DNA of 64,000 nt from NCBI RefSeq assembly GCF_006345805.1, contig NC_043007.1, positions 20,274,001 to 20,338,000 on the forward strand. Reading direction: 5' to 3'. This DNA comes from Octopus sinensis (lineage: Eukaryota). The notes beneath the pieces are model-generated. The model was not told the DNA's origin. It was given only the letters and a program-made list of their open reading frames with translations, and searched no databases. Shown piece after piece: positions 12,980 through 24,895 of this stretch. The stretch's first letter is position 1. The number at the start of each line of letters is the position of its first letter. Made by a program: the position numbers and the translations under genes.

Positions 12980-13360
12980 TTTACAAGGATGGGCTGAAAA
13001 GTTTTATAAGCTGACTTTGAAGGAGTGATGCTAGAACTGTGAAATCTTGCATGCTTTAATTTCAGTTCATCTCATTAATAACTGCATTGTTTCTTTCCAA
13101 CTAAACTAACTTCTGACTGTTCAAAGAAGACATCGAAAGTATCTAGAAGCGACTTCTCTTGAAAACAGACAAAATTTGGCATTGCACAGAAAAGGGGGTT
13201 TAGCCCCCAATGACATTCATACTGACATGGTTGCTAGATTAGGAGATGATGCTCCAGCTTTATCAGCAATTTAATTTAGAAAAGGAAGGGAGGGTTGTGT
13301 TAATTAATATTCATTACAAACGTTGCTTCCATCACTAATAGCTAATTTATACACAACCTG
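12980..13360 (+). mobile_element. Mariner 5' relic (HTH region)
   Basis: Translates to ..FSPNDIHTDMVARLGDDAPALSA.., like the mariner N-terminal HTH; the start resembles a mariner TIR (..gggctgaaaagtt). Confidence 0.5.
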
Positions 13361-13898
13361 CCAGTTTTTGCAATATGACTGACCCCTTTAGTCTATGTTG
13401 AACTACATCTGTTTCGTGGATTTTTGATCTGGCATTCAGTGATAGGGAGCCTACTGCTGACGAAGTACAATTTATGCTGAAATCATGTGATACAACAGTC
13501 CCATCCACCAGTGTTCAGGATATTTATATCATCTACTGATATAATCTGGGCTTTTTGTAGCACCTAATGACTGTCTATATGAGATGATTTTGCAGGACGT
13601 TTACCACAGCCTATGGCATTCAAAGCAACACATTCAAGTAAAGTTGGATATGGATATATATATATAATCATCATCATCATTCATTTTCCATGCTAGCATG
13701 GGATGGATGGTTTGACAGGAGCTGGCAAGTCAGAGAGAAGCATCCAGCACCACTTGTCTGATATGGTATGGCTTCTACAACTAGATGCCCTTCCTAATGC
13801 CAACCACTTTACACAGTGTACTGATTGTTTTTTATGTGGCACCAGCCTCAATGCTTTATATGTAGCACCAGCATGGATGTGTGTGTGTGTCTATATAT

Positions 13899-13931
<33 letters not shown>

Positions 13932-16033
13932 CTTCAAGCGAGGTCGTTGCCAGTGCCAGTGAACTGGCTCCTGTACAGGTGGCACATAAAAAACACCATT
14001 TGAGCGTGGTCATTGCCAGTACCGCTTGACTGCCCCATGTGCCGGTGACACGTAAAAGCACCCACTACACTTTTGGAGTGATTGGTGTTAGGAAGGGCAT
14101 CCAGTTGTAGAAACTCTGCCAGATCATGATTGGAGCCTGGTGCAGCCATCTGGTTCGCCAGTCCTCAGTCAAATCGTCCAACCCATGCTAGCATGGAAAG
14201 CGGACGTTAAACGATGATGACAGTTCTTTTAGCTTCTGCCTGTAGCTCATTTGTTGCATAACAGCATGAACTTGTCTCAAACTCAGCTGTTAGTCTGATG
14301 CTCTGTGGAGACCATAATTGGGACAAGCAACTGAAAATAAATGCTCTTCACAGGACCAGTGTGGTTTCCCTTTTCAACTCTCAGAATCCAACCAGCTAGT
14401 CATTTGCACACTGTTGTCATCTTAATAATATGCACACAGAATGCTGCATCTTTACTCCTGTGGTTTCCCAGATCATGCTTTGACTGTGACTCCAAGATTC
14501 CAATACCCCCTGGTTCTGTGTATTCTGATTGCAGTCTGTTTGTGGACTGATAACAGAATGCCTGAAATCTTTCAGCAAGGAACTGCATGTTTTTGGGGGT
14601 TTTTTCCCGGTGCACATGTACCCTACATTCAGGTTTTCTGTAGTTTTCTGTTATCCTCAGGGTCTGTGTTACTTTTGTATCATCAACATAAGTGGTAAGA
14701 ATGGCTGGAGGCACGACTGAAGCATATCTGAGAGAACCACCAGATGCTGAGGTCATGAAGTTTGTGACGTATCATCCTGCAATCTTTATTGAAAGCCTTG
14801 GCTAAGCAAAGATATCGCGCATTCACATTTAAGTGTGTGTGTGCCTGCCTGCCTGCCTGTGTATCTGTGTACTTGTATGTAAACACATGTTTGCATACAT
14901 CACCATCCACTTTCCATGCTTCCTTAGATTGGCCCTGATGTCACTGATGTGTATGTGTTTACATATATGTATATATAACCACAGGTATGGGTGTGTGGTT
15001 AAGAATTTTGCTTCCCATTTACTTGGCTTCTGGTTCAGTCCCATTTCAAGACTCCTGCCAAATGCCTTCTGCTATAGCCCTAGGCCAGTCAAAGCCGTCT
15101 GAATTGATTTGGTAGATAGAAACTGAAAAGAAAGGCGGTGAGCTGGCAGAAACATTAGCACACTGGGCGAAATGCTTAGCAGTATTTCATCTGCCCCTAC
15201 GTTCTGAGTTCAAATTCTGGCAAAGTCAACTTTACCTTTCATCTTTTCAGGGTCGATAAATTAAGTACCAGTTACGCACTGGGGTCGATGTAATCGATTT
15301 AATCCCTTTGTCTATCCTTGTTTGTCCCCTCTGTGTGTAGCCCCTTGTGGGTAGAAAAGAAATAGGTATTTCGCCTGTCTTTACGTTCTGAGTTCAAATT
15401 CTGCCGAGGTCAACTTTGCCTTTCATCCTTTTGGGGTCGATAAATTAAGTACCAGTTACACATTGCGGTCGATGTAATCGATTTAATCCCTTTGTCTGTC
15501 CTTGTTTGTCCCCTCTGTGTTTAGCTCCTTGTGGGCAATAAAGAAACAAGAAACTGAAAAGAAGCCTGTTTTGTGTGTGTGTGTTTAATTTACAATGTAT
15601 ATTACACATGTTCAGCTGTATTTATTTTGTTTATTCTACCAAACCTACATGCACCTACCCCGCTCCTCCACACACACACATATTGAGTTGAATTGAACTG
15701 GTTTCAGCTCATGAGCTCTGGCCATGCTGAGGCATGTATATATGTGTATATAATCTAACAGAGGTGTAGGTGTGGCTGTGTGGTAAGTAGCTTGCTTCTC
15801 AACCACATAGTTCCAGGTTCAGTCCCACTGTGTGGCACCTTGGGCAAATATCTTCTACTATAGCCTCAGGCCGACCAAAACCTTATGAGTGGATTTGGTT
15901 GACGGAAACTGAAAAAAGCCTGTCGTATATATATATATATATTCATATTTTAAAAAAGTGTACATTTAAACACAAGAGAAAACTACCTTTTAACAGGTAA
16001 TTTTTACATGCTAGAAATAGCAGCCAACACAGC

Positions 16034-16072
<39 letters not shown>

Positions 16073-17299
16073 GTGTGTGTGCGCATGTCTTATAGCCAGT
16101 ACTAATTAGCAGTTGGATTCTTAGTGTAATTAGCTTTAACAAAAATCTGCTCCCACCTGACTTAGCATACAAGCTACATGTATTGTAAGTTGACATTCTG
16201 AGAGAGGGAAAGAGAGAGAGCGAGAGAGAGAGAGAGAGAGAGGGGTTGCTTCCTTTATTAAGGAGAGATCAGAGGAGGATAGTAGTCCCATCCAACAGGT
16301 ACTACTCACACTTGTTACTCACCTGAATGTTAACAACAAAGGCCACCAGTTTCTCTGTCTGAAAGCCTCTCTCTCTCCCTCCCTTCCTCTCTGATTGCTT
16401 GTTGCTTCTCTTACTCTTTTCTTGTTCATTATACTAATTTGACATTCGTTAGTCGTTAGTCGCACCTGTAAATAAGCAAAGACCTACTTATCAGGTTGTT
16501 CGTCGCCTTTTTGCTCTTTATTACTTCTCACTTGTTTCAGGCCATTAGACTGCGGCGGTCATGTTGGGGCACTGCTTTGAAGGGTTTAGCTGAACAAACT
16601 GACCCCGGGACTTATTTTTTAAGCCTAGGGCTTAGTCTACCAGCCTCATTTGCCGTGTTGCTAGGTTACAGGAACATAAAGAAACCGATCCTGGTTGTCG
16701 AGCTTTGATGAGGGACAAATAAATATGTATGTACGTGCGTGCATGTGTGCATTCATACATACATCATCATCATCATCGTTTAACGTCCGCTTTCCATGCT
16801 AGCATGGGTTGGACGGTTCAACTGGGGTCTGGGAAGCCCGAAGGCTGCACCAGGCCCAATCTGATCTGGCGGTTTTTCTACAGCTGGATGCCCTTCCTAA
16901 CGCCAACCACTCCGTGAGTGTAGTCGGTGCTTTTTATGTGCCACCGACACAGGTGCCAGACGAGGCTGGCGAACGGCCACGCTCAGATGGTGTTTGTTAC
17001 ATGCCCACAGCATGGAGGCCAGTCGATGCGGTACTGGCTACGGCCATGTTCGGATGGTTTTCTTATGTGCCACCGGCACTGGTACCACAAAAATACAAAT
17101 TCCATTGAATACAGGCATGCATATAGGCATGCATACATACTTGCATACATACACATGCGTACAACCCATGTCAGCATAGAACATAGACATTAAAGGATGA
17201 TGATCATATGTAGATATACACACACACACACACATATATATATACAAATATTCTATAATTATATACATAATTATAATCAAGAGGTCAGCTAATAGCTTC

Positions 17300-17530
17300 G
17301 CCATGCAGCAAGCTGGCAGAGACGTTAGCACGCCGGGCAAAGTGCTTCGCGGTATTTCACCCATCGCTACGTTCTGAGTTCAAATTCCGCCGAGGTCGAC
17401 TTTGCCTTTCATCCTTTCGGGGTCGATAAATTAAGTACCAGTTATGCACTGGGGTCGATGTAATCGACTTAATTCATTTGTCTGTCCTTGTTTGTCCCCT
17501 CTATGTTTAGCCCCTTGTGGGCAGTAAAGA
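17300..17530 (+). mobile_element. tRNA-headed SINE (family B). About 15 copies, e.g. 15135-15545, 21215-21445, 25600-25770, 27420-27595, 36165-36395, 37800-38220, 52507-52655, 53168-53582, 61985-62215
   Basis: Shared agctggcagaaacgttagcac..ctgagttcaaattccgccgaggtcgactttgcctttcatcctttcggggtcgataaattaagtaccag. Confidence 0.85.
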
Positions 17531-18719
17531 ATCAGATTTTAGAAATAGGGACTAAATGCCTTTTCTACTATCATAAAGATCTCCCAGACAGTAACACTTT
17601 TTTACGTAGACAAAGAGAGAAATATAATGAATCCACATGACTCAGATTAGCTACATATGCGTTTCGAGATTATATAGATAGGTAGGTATATTGGACTCAT
17701 GAAAATTTATGTTAGAGACATGGGCTTCACCGCTTACTAACTAGTGAATGGAAAACATACATAAACTGCCCCCTTTTGGGCACAACTGGAACCATTCAGA
17801 GATCTGGCTCCATCTTTCCCAGAAGGGGTTTTCATTCCACAGAATTTTGTTTCAGAGTCTCTTTGCACCACCACCACCATGCTGACCCAGACTCTATTCT
17901 TACCTCCATCAGTAAAGGGGTTTTGTGCCTTCGTCCAGCAGGTCTGATGAGTCACCTCTATTGCTAACAGCAATAATTAATGTGAAACCCATGGTAACTT
18001 TCTGACTGGCCAAAGTGGTGAGAAAGGATCTTCAGGTGTTGGGCCTCGCAGAGGAGATGACAGGAAACTGAGACCCCTGGCAGTTTGCTGTGCTTGGGAA
18101 GATACGTCGAGCTAAGTAAAACCATGGTTGTCCTTGCATACTGTGGCTGTCCCCTGCATCCCTCTTCTTCTTCTTACAGCATTCACCCGGGGTGGGTTGA
18201 GCTGGCTTCATTCATCCTCAATGCTGTGCCTCTCACAAACGCCGACCAGGCCTGGCGATTTGAGGCTAATGACCGCGTGATCTCCTGCATCCCTCTCCAG
18301 CTGAGTGTTCCCTATCTGGCAGGCTCGCAGGCACTGGCGCCATGTAAAAAGCTCCCACCCCAGTGCCACGTAAGCACACTTGTGCCAGGGCTGTGTAAAA
18401 GCACACCAGTGCATGCTGTAAAGTGGTTGGCATCCGGAAGGGTATCCAGCCGTAAAAACCATGCCAAACGGACATGGTGCCTGTCCAACCCATACCAGCA
18501 TGGAAAACAAATGTTAAATGATGAAAGATGACTATGATGATGATGATGATGGAGACAGGCTTTTTACTCAGCTTCTATCTACTAAATTCACTCTCAGGGC
18601 AATAGTTGGCCTGGGGCTATAGTAGAAAATACATACCCAAAGTGCTGTATAGTAGGATTGAACCCCAAAACCACATGATTGCAAACTAAGTCCCTTAACT
18701 ACACAACCATGTATTTACT

Positions 18720-19068
18720 CTGTACTCTTTACTCTTTTACTTGTTTCAGTCATTTGACTGCAGCCATGCTGGAGCACCGCCTTTAGTCGAGCAAATCGAC
18801 CCCGCGACTTATTCTTTGTAAGCCCAGTCCTTATTCTATCGGTCTCTTTTGCCGAACCGCTAAGTTACGGGGATGTAAACACACACACACATACATATAT
18901 ATATGCGACAGGCTTCTTTCAGTTTCCGTCTACCAAATCCACTCACGAGGCTTTGGTTGGCTCGAGGCTATAGTAGAAGACACTTACCCAAGATGCCACG
19001 CAGTGGGACTGAACCCGGAACCATGTGGTTGGTTAGCAAGCTACTTACCGCACAGCCACTCCTGCGCC
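18720..19068 (-). mobile_element. tRNA-headed CORE-type SINE (family A). About 18 copies or fragments, e.g. 15765-15930, 20475-20830, 33470-33850, 44560-44910, 47960-48440, 48740-49045, 49460-49808, 54285-54652, 61610-61980, 62750-63135
   Basis: Head ggcgcaggagtggctgtgtggtaag..ggttcagtccc, CORE-like accttgggcaagtgtctt, internal (CA/TA)n, tail aaacaagtaaaagagtaaagag. Confidence 0.85.
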
Positions 19069-19671
19069 TTTTACTTATTTATTTATTATTATTTTTCTCA
19101 ATATTGTCTGGGTTTTAGTTTAGGGTGCAGGACTGCTCTAATGAAGTAAATCTCTACAACCAAAGGCATTCCTGTTGAGGAGTTGTGGGCCCATTATCAC
19201 ATTATCCAAGATTGTAGGGTATGATTCAAGGGGAGCTATGGCTACTTTTCCTAATGAAATGAGGCTCTCTCAAAATCCTAGTATTAAAGGCTGAAATAAT
19301 TGCTCATTTTGAAGATGATAGCCAGTACTGTGATACAATCTTAGTTATACGTATGTGTGTGTGTGTGTATGAGGTAGAAACTGGCATAAATAGAATGGCG
19401 GGAATGAGAGTGACAGAGAATGGGAGAGGTTGTGAGAGGTGAGCAAAATATAAACATATAAAAAAATTAGCATAAAAAGTCTTGCACAGTGAATAGTTTG
19501 GGGGTGCGGGGAAAGGAAAAAGAAAAGAAGTAGACTAACATTTCAGGTAAACCCTTTATCAAAGTAGAATAAGAAAGAAATAAGCAAGAAAAAAGAAACG
19601 AGGCCTGTTTAAAGCATGTGTGTACCTTTCAAATGCATGATGCAGAATGCCACACACACACACACACACTT

Positions 19672-19712
<41 letters not shown>

Positions 19713-22336
19713 AGGTTGTACTGAAAAGTTCCTGGCTTCAACAGTATTTTGAAAGGCCTGTTGGAAGGCCCAACCTTTAGAGTTCTTTTACAGGGCTTAG
19801 AAGATGGCTGCAATAAGTGTGTGAATTTGAGAGGGGGATATGTTGTATAGAATCACAATTAACTGATCCACCTGTATTTTCTTTCACAAAGTACAAGGGA
19901 CTTTTCAGCCCCACCCCTTGTGTATATAACCATACAATTTGGCCCCATGCAACTTGGAGATTTGTAAGTACATCACAAAAACCTTGCTCCTCTTCAGGCT
20001 TAGGTTCTTAAGCCTGAGAAACCAGGTTTATGTAAGTTGCATGCGGCCGAATCAAACTGTTATTAAATATGTGATGTCTGTCCTACTAAATATGTTGAGT
20101 GCCTCTTTCCTTCGTTTCTCTACCACTCGAGAGAGGAAGAGAGAGAGAGAGGGCGGAGGCAGGTTGCAGTGTATTCGTTGTACGTATTTAACTTATTCAG
20201 CTAATGCTTTGCCTATAGCATTGTTTAAACAAATACTGGTGGTCATAAAACAAACACTTGAACAAATTTGTTATGTGTGTGTGTGTGTGTGTGTGTGCTT
20301 GAGGAATTGTACTTGATGCCATAAAACAAATACATGAAAAAATGTGTGTGTGTGTGTGTGTGTGCTTAAGGGACTGCACTTGATATTTGAATGTATATTA
20401 ATAAAGGAGCGTGGGTAAGGCCAGGACAATACTAAGTAAATGCGAGGCAGATCACAAGAAAACGTCATCGTCATAGGCGCAGGAGTGGCTGTGTGGTAAG
20501 TAGCTTGTTTACCAACCACATGGTTCCGGGTTCAGTCCCACTGCGTGGCACCTTGGGCAAGTGTCTTCTACTATAGCCTCGGGCCGACCAAAGCCTTGTG
20601 AGTGGATTTGGTAGATGGAAACTGAAAGAATCCCGTCGTATATATATATATATATGTATGTATGTGTATGTGTGTTTGTGTTTGTCCCCCTATCAGTTCG
20701 GCAAAAGAGACTGATAAAATAAGTACTGGGCTTACAAAATAATAAGTCCTGGGGTCGAGTTGCTTGATTAAAGACGGTGCTCCAGCATGGCCGCAGTCAA
20801 ATGACTGAAACAAGTAAAAGAGTAAAGAGTTTAACGTCCGCTTTCCATGCTGGCATGGGTTAGAAGATTTGACTGAGGGCTGGCAAACCAGATGGCTGTA
20901 CCAGGCTCCAATCTTGATCTGGCAGAGTTTCACCCGGCATGCTAACGTTTCTGCCAGCTCGCCACCTTTTAAGTTATATTCTTAATGAAAAGTGTTGATA
21001 AAGGTGCAGGTATGGGTATGTGGTTAAGAAGCTCATTTTGCAACCATGTGGTTTAAGGTTTCAGTCCCACTGTGTGGCATCTTGTGAAAGTGTTGTCTAA
21101 TATAGCCCTGGGCTGACCAATGTCTTGTGCATGGATTTGGTAGACAGAAACTGTTAGAAGCTCATGTGCATGTGTATATACTGTGTAAAGTGGGTGGTGT
21201 TAGGAATGTTAGTAAGGCGGCGAACTGGCAGAATCGTTAGCACACCGGGCAAAATGCGTAACCGTATTTCGTCTGCCGTTACGTACTGAGTTCAAATTCC
21301 GCCGAGGTCGACTTTGCCTTTTATCCTTTCGGGTCGATAAATTAAGTACCAGTTACACACTGGGGTCGATCTAATCAACTTAATCCGTTCGTCTGTCCTT
21401 GTTTGTCCTCTCTGTGTTTAGCCCCTTGTGGGTAGTAAAGAAATAGTTAGGAATGGCAACCACCAGTAGAAACTATGCCAAAGCAGACAGAACTTGGCAC
21501 AGCTCCCTGGCTCTTCAGTTCCTGTTAACCCATAAAGCACTGGGATTTGCACTTACATGGCATGGACTGCTGAGCACATTTTATGAAAATGAGATTACCA
21601 TGCATACATAAAAAACAAAAAAATAGTTAAAATATCTTCTTAGTATATAAGGGTGGCAAGCTTTACATCACCTGAAAAGTCATTAGTTGAACTATTAGTC
21701 CTTTTGCATTCTGGGGTGGGTATCGGAGCATTTGAGGGACATTTGACCCCAACAAACACCCATAAATTAAAGGCATCTATCTGGGCCATAATCGTGGCCT
21801 GTGTCGACCTGTGCCTGAGCTGTTAAAGAATTTGGACCTGGAGATCTCCATTTCCAGCGACTTCAAGGGCCACCTCCCAGTGGTGTTGGTCGTCAACGAA
21901 GAGCCCTCAACTACAACAAGACAACCAAAGTTTTTTTTTTTCCCAAGGTCTGGGGTCTCCCGCCCCTAAGCCCTAGCCCATCACCTAATCACCCTTACTC
22001 ATCTTGTTGCTTAAGAACAACAACGACAAGTTGTGCCTGACGGCCACGATCATGGCTCATTGCACTTTATGTGTTAAACCATCTAATCCATGCCAGTTTG
22101 GAAAAAGGGACATTGAATGATGATCTTGGTGTGTGTGTGTCTTTGTGCTTGTCCTTTGAAACTGGTGTTAGTTTGTTTACGTCCCTGTAGTTTAGCAGTT
22201 CAGCAAGAGACCAACAGAATATGTACCAGACTTAAAAATAAATACTGGGATAAATTTTTTGCGACTAAACCCTTCATGGAGGTGCTCCAGCATGGCTACA
22301 GTCCAATGACTGAAACAAGTATAAGCTAGAAAAAAG

Positions 22337-22755
22337 GGATCTTTTCGGTTTGAACGGCAGTTTTTTCTAGCGGTGTCATATGAAATTGTCACCCATAATT
22401 ATGACCCTAGTATCGATCTATTGCATTTCAATCTGTTTTAGGGTTAGGGGTAGGGGGAAGGGTATCTTTTTTTTCTTCAGAAATGTAAATAAACTCAATC
22501 TGTTTCTTAAACGAGGGACATATTCATACGGCACAGAATGTTTTTTTTTACTTCAATAGACATCATTGATTGGTTGAAAATTGCAGAAATTGAAGAAAAA
22601 AGAAACAACAAATATCTTATAAACCATAGAATTTTCTCAATAAAGCCAAGAGAAAAAGATGTTTTATAAACACATTCTACCAGTATACGAAGTTTAAAAG
22701 TGTTTAGTTACGTGGAAATTATTTTAAAAAACTGCCGTTCAAACCGAAAAGATCC
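22337..22755 (+). mobile_element. ~420-bp MITE, TIR GGATCTTTTCGGTTTGAACGGCAG, 8-bp TSD; copies 30952-31349 (-), 36983-37389, 55103-55537
   Basis: Perfect TSD gaaaaaag at this copy; near-perfect 8-mers at the others (cgaaaatt/caaaaatt, cagtattc/cagatttc). Confidence 0.9.
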
Positions 22756-23642
22756 GAAAAAAGTGTTACATGTTCCCTTTTCCATTTCATACTCTAAACT
22801 AGAAAATCTTGTTTTGACATGTACCTTCAAGGTCTTCAAATGTGATAGCAAGCTGTTTAGAAAATTGCATTTCATAACTCCAGTCATGGTTTTGTTTTAT
22901 GTATACTTCATTGTTCCTTTTTTTTGTTTTTTTTTTTAAATTATATCTGGTTTTAAAATTGCTTGGGCTGACAAACAAAACTGTTGTTTTACTGACATAT
23001 ATATCTTACTCTAGACATAAATGGATCTTTCTTTGTCAGTTTAGGCATAAATTTTCAACCCAGTAGCATATACATTTCATAGCACATTTGCTTAATTTTT
23101 TTTATTTTTCTCTGGATTATGGCCATGCTGGTGCATTATCGCAAAAGGTTTTAATAGAAAAAAATTGACCCCAGTACTTATTCAGCCAGTCTGGGAATTG
23201 AAACCATGATCTCAAGATCATGAGTGCAACACACCTAACCACTAGGCCATGCACCTACACACACACCCACGCACACACATAACAGGCTTCTACAAAGTTT
23301 CCATCTACCAAATTCAGTCACAAGGCTGTTACCTTGTTTAAAAACAAGTGTAGGCTGGCAACTAGAAGGGCATCAGGCCAGAGAAAAACTGTCTCGAAAA
23401 ATTTGACCCATACAAACATGAAATAGTGGACGAAGAATAGTCTTCCAAGGAAAAAGATGTTTAACCATGGGGGGAAATATTACCTTGCTCAGAAACAGGT
23501 GATGGTTAGTGACAGGAAGGGCATTAACAAATTCCATATTCCATGAAGACATGGAAAAGTGGATATTAAATCATGATGATAATATAATATCATATAATAT
23601 ATATATATACTAGCAGTATAACCCAGCTTGGCCTGGGATTAA

Positions 23643-23863
23643 CCCTTTCGTTACTAACCCGGCTAAAACTGGCTCTGGCCCTGTAATATAAATGTCTTGT
23701 TTTCTTGAGTTTTGAATTAAAATCTTCCACCAAACCTTAGTCACAATTTATGTTCCTAACACTAGCATAATGATAACTAAGTTATTTTACTAAATTCTTT
23801 GTTATATTTAAAGTAAATGAAAGAAACACAGAGCATCTCAAAATAAATACAGTAACGAAAGGG
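23643..23863. mobile_element. piggyBac-like MITE (TTAA|CCCTTT..AAAGGG|TTAA); copies 40915-41130, 41280-41493, related 62555-62773
   Basis: TTAA on both sides and CCCTTTCGTTACT/AGTAACGAAAGGG termini. Confidence 0.85.
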
Positions 23864-24404
23864 TTAAGTTAGCATTATTAAGCTAATCAAGTTCTTTATT
23901 TCAAACCAAAGTAAGTAACATTGACGTCAAATTTGGGCGAAATCTGTTGAAATTGGTATATATATATGGGCAACACACACACACACACACACATACGTAC
24001 ACCTATTGCATACATGTTCGTGTGTGTGTTGCCCGCATATCAACAAAACACTTTTTCCTTGATGTCAAAAAACAACAAAAGTCTTAACAAAAAATTAATT
24101 TGTGGACATGCATAAATTACATTCACATACAAACACACACACACATCCTGCCTTTTATATATACAAATATGTATGTATGTATCAATCAATCAATCAATCA
24201 ATGTCTGAGTCATATCCCAGGGTGGACATAGGCATTTGATAAATAGGGATTGATAAAATAAGTACCAAAGTATTAAGATTAATTACAAATGATTTAAACC
24301 TTTTGAAAGCAGTGCTCCAGTATGGCTAGAATTAGTGAAAAGAATATATTTCAAAAAGACATTTCATTTAAAAAAATTTCTGTTTTTTTTTTACAGATTA
24401 CAAA

Positions 24405-24895
24405 ATGATAATTCAAGTTGACAGCATTTTATTTGGGGTACTACTTTACTGCTCATGCTGGGTACATGTATTTAGCCATGTTAATCAAGGGTACCCACCC
24501 GGTGTACCTCCTGCAACTGGTGTTCCACAACAAATGCAGTATCAGCAGCAGCAACCTCCACAGTACCAACAGGCCCCTGGTAACCAACAGTACCAACAAC
24601 CACCCTCTGGTAACCAACAGTACCAACAACCACCCTCTGGTAACCAGCAGTACCAACAGCCCCCTGGTAACCAACAGTATCAACAACCACCCTCTGGTAA
24701 CCAACAGTACCAACAACCACCCTCTGGTAACCAGCAGTACCAACAGCCTCCCTCTAACCAACAGTACCAGCAGCAGCAGCATGGTAACCAGCAGTACCAA
24801 CAACAACAACAACAACAACCGCCACAAGGGTCACATGGACATGGACATACACATGGTCATAGCCATAATTTCAAAGACGACTCACATGATCAAGC
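24405..24895 (+). CDS. MCFD2: MCFD2 coding exon 1 (signal peptide, GNQQYQQPPS repeats, His-rich segment)
   Basis: Acceptor ttttttacag ends at 24396, ATG at 24405, donor GC|gtaag at 24896 (phase 2). The acceptor just before the ATG implies an upstream non-coding exon. Confidence 0.9.

Noticed and set aside
14300-14760. 118-aa minus-strand ORF
   Set aside because: Faint resemblance to a decayed L1/Tx1 RT segment (VISPQT..); too degraded to call and not gene-like.
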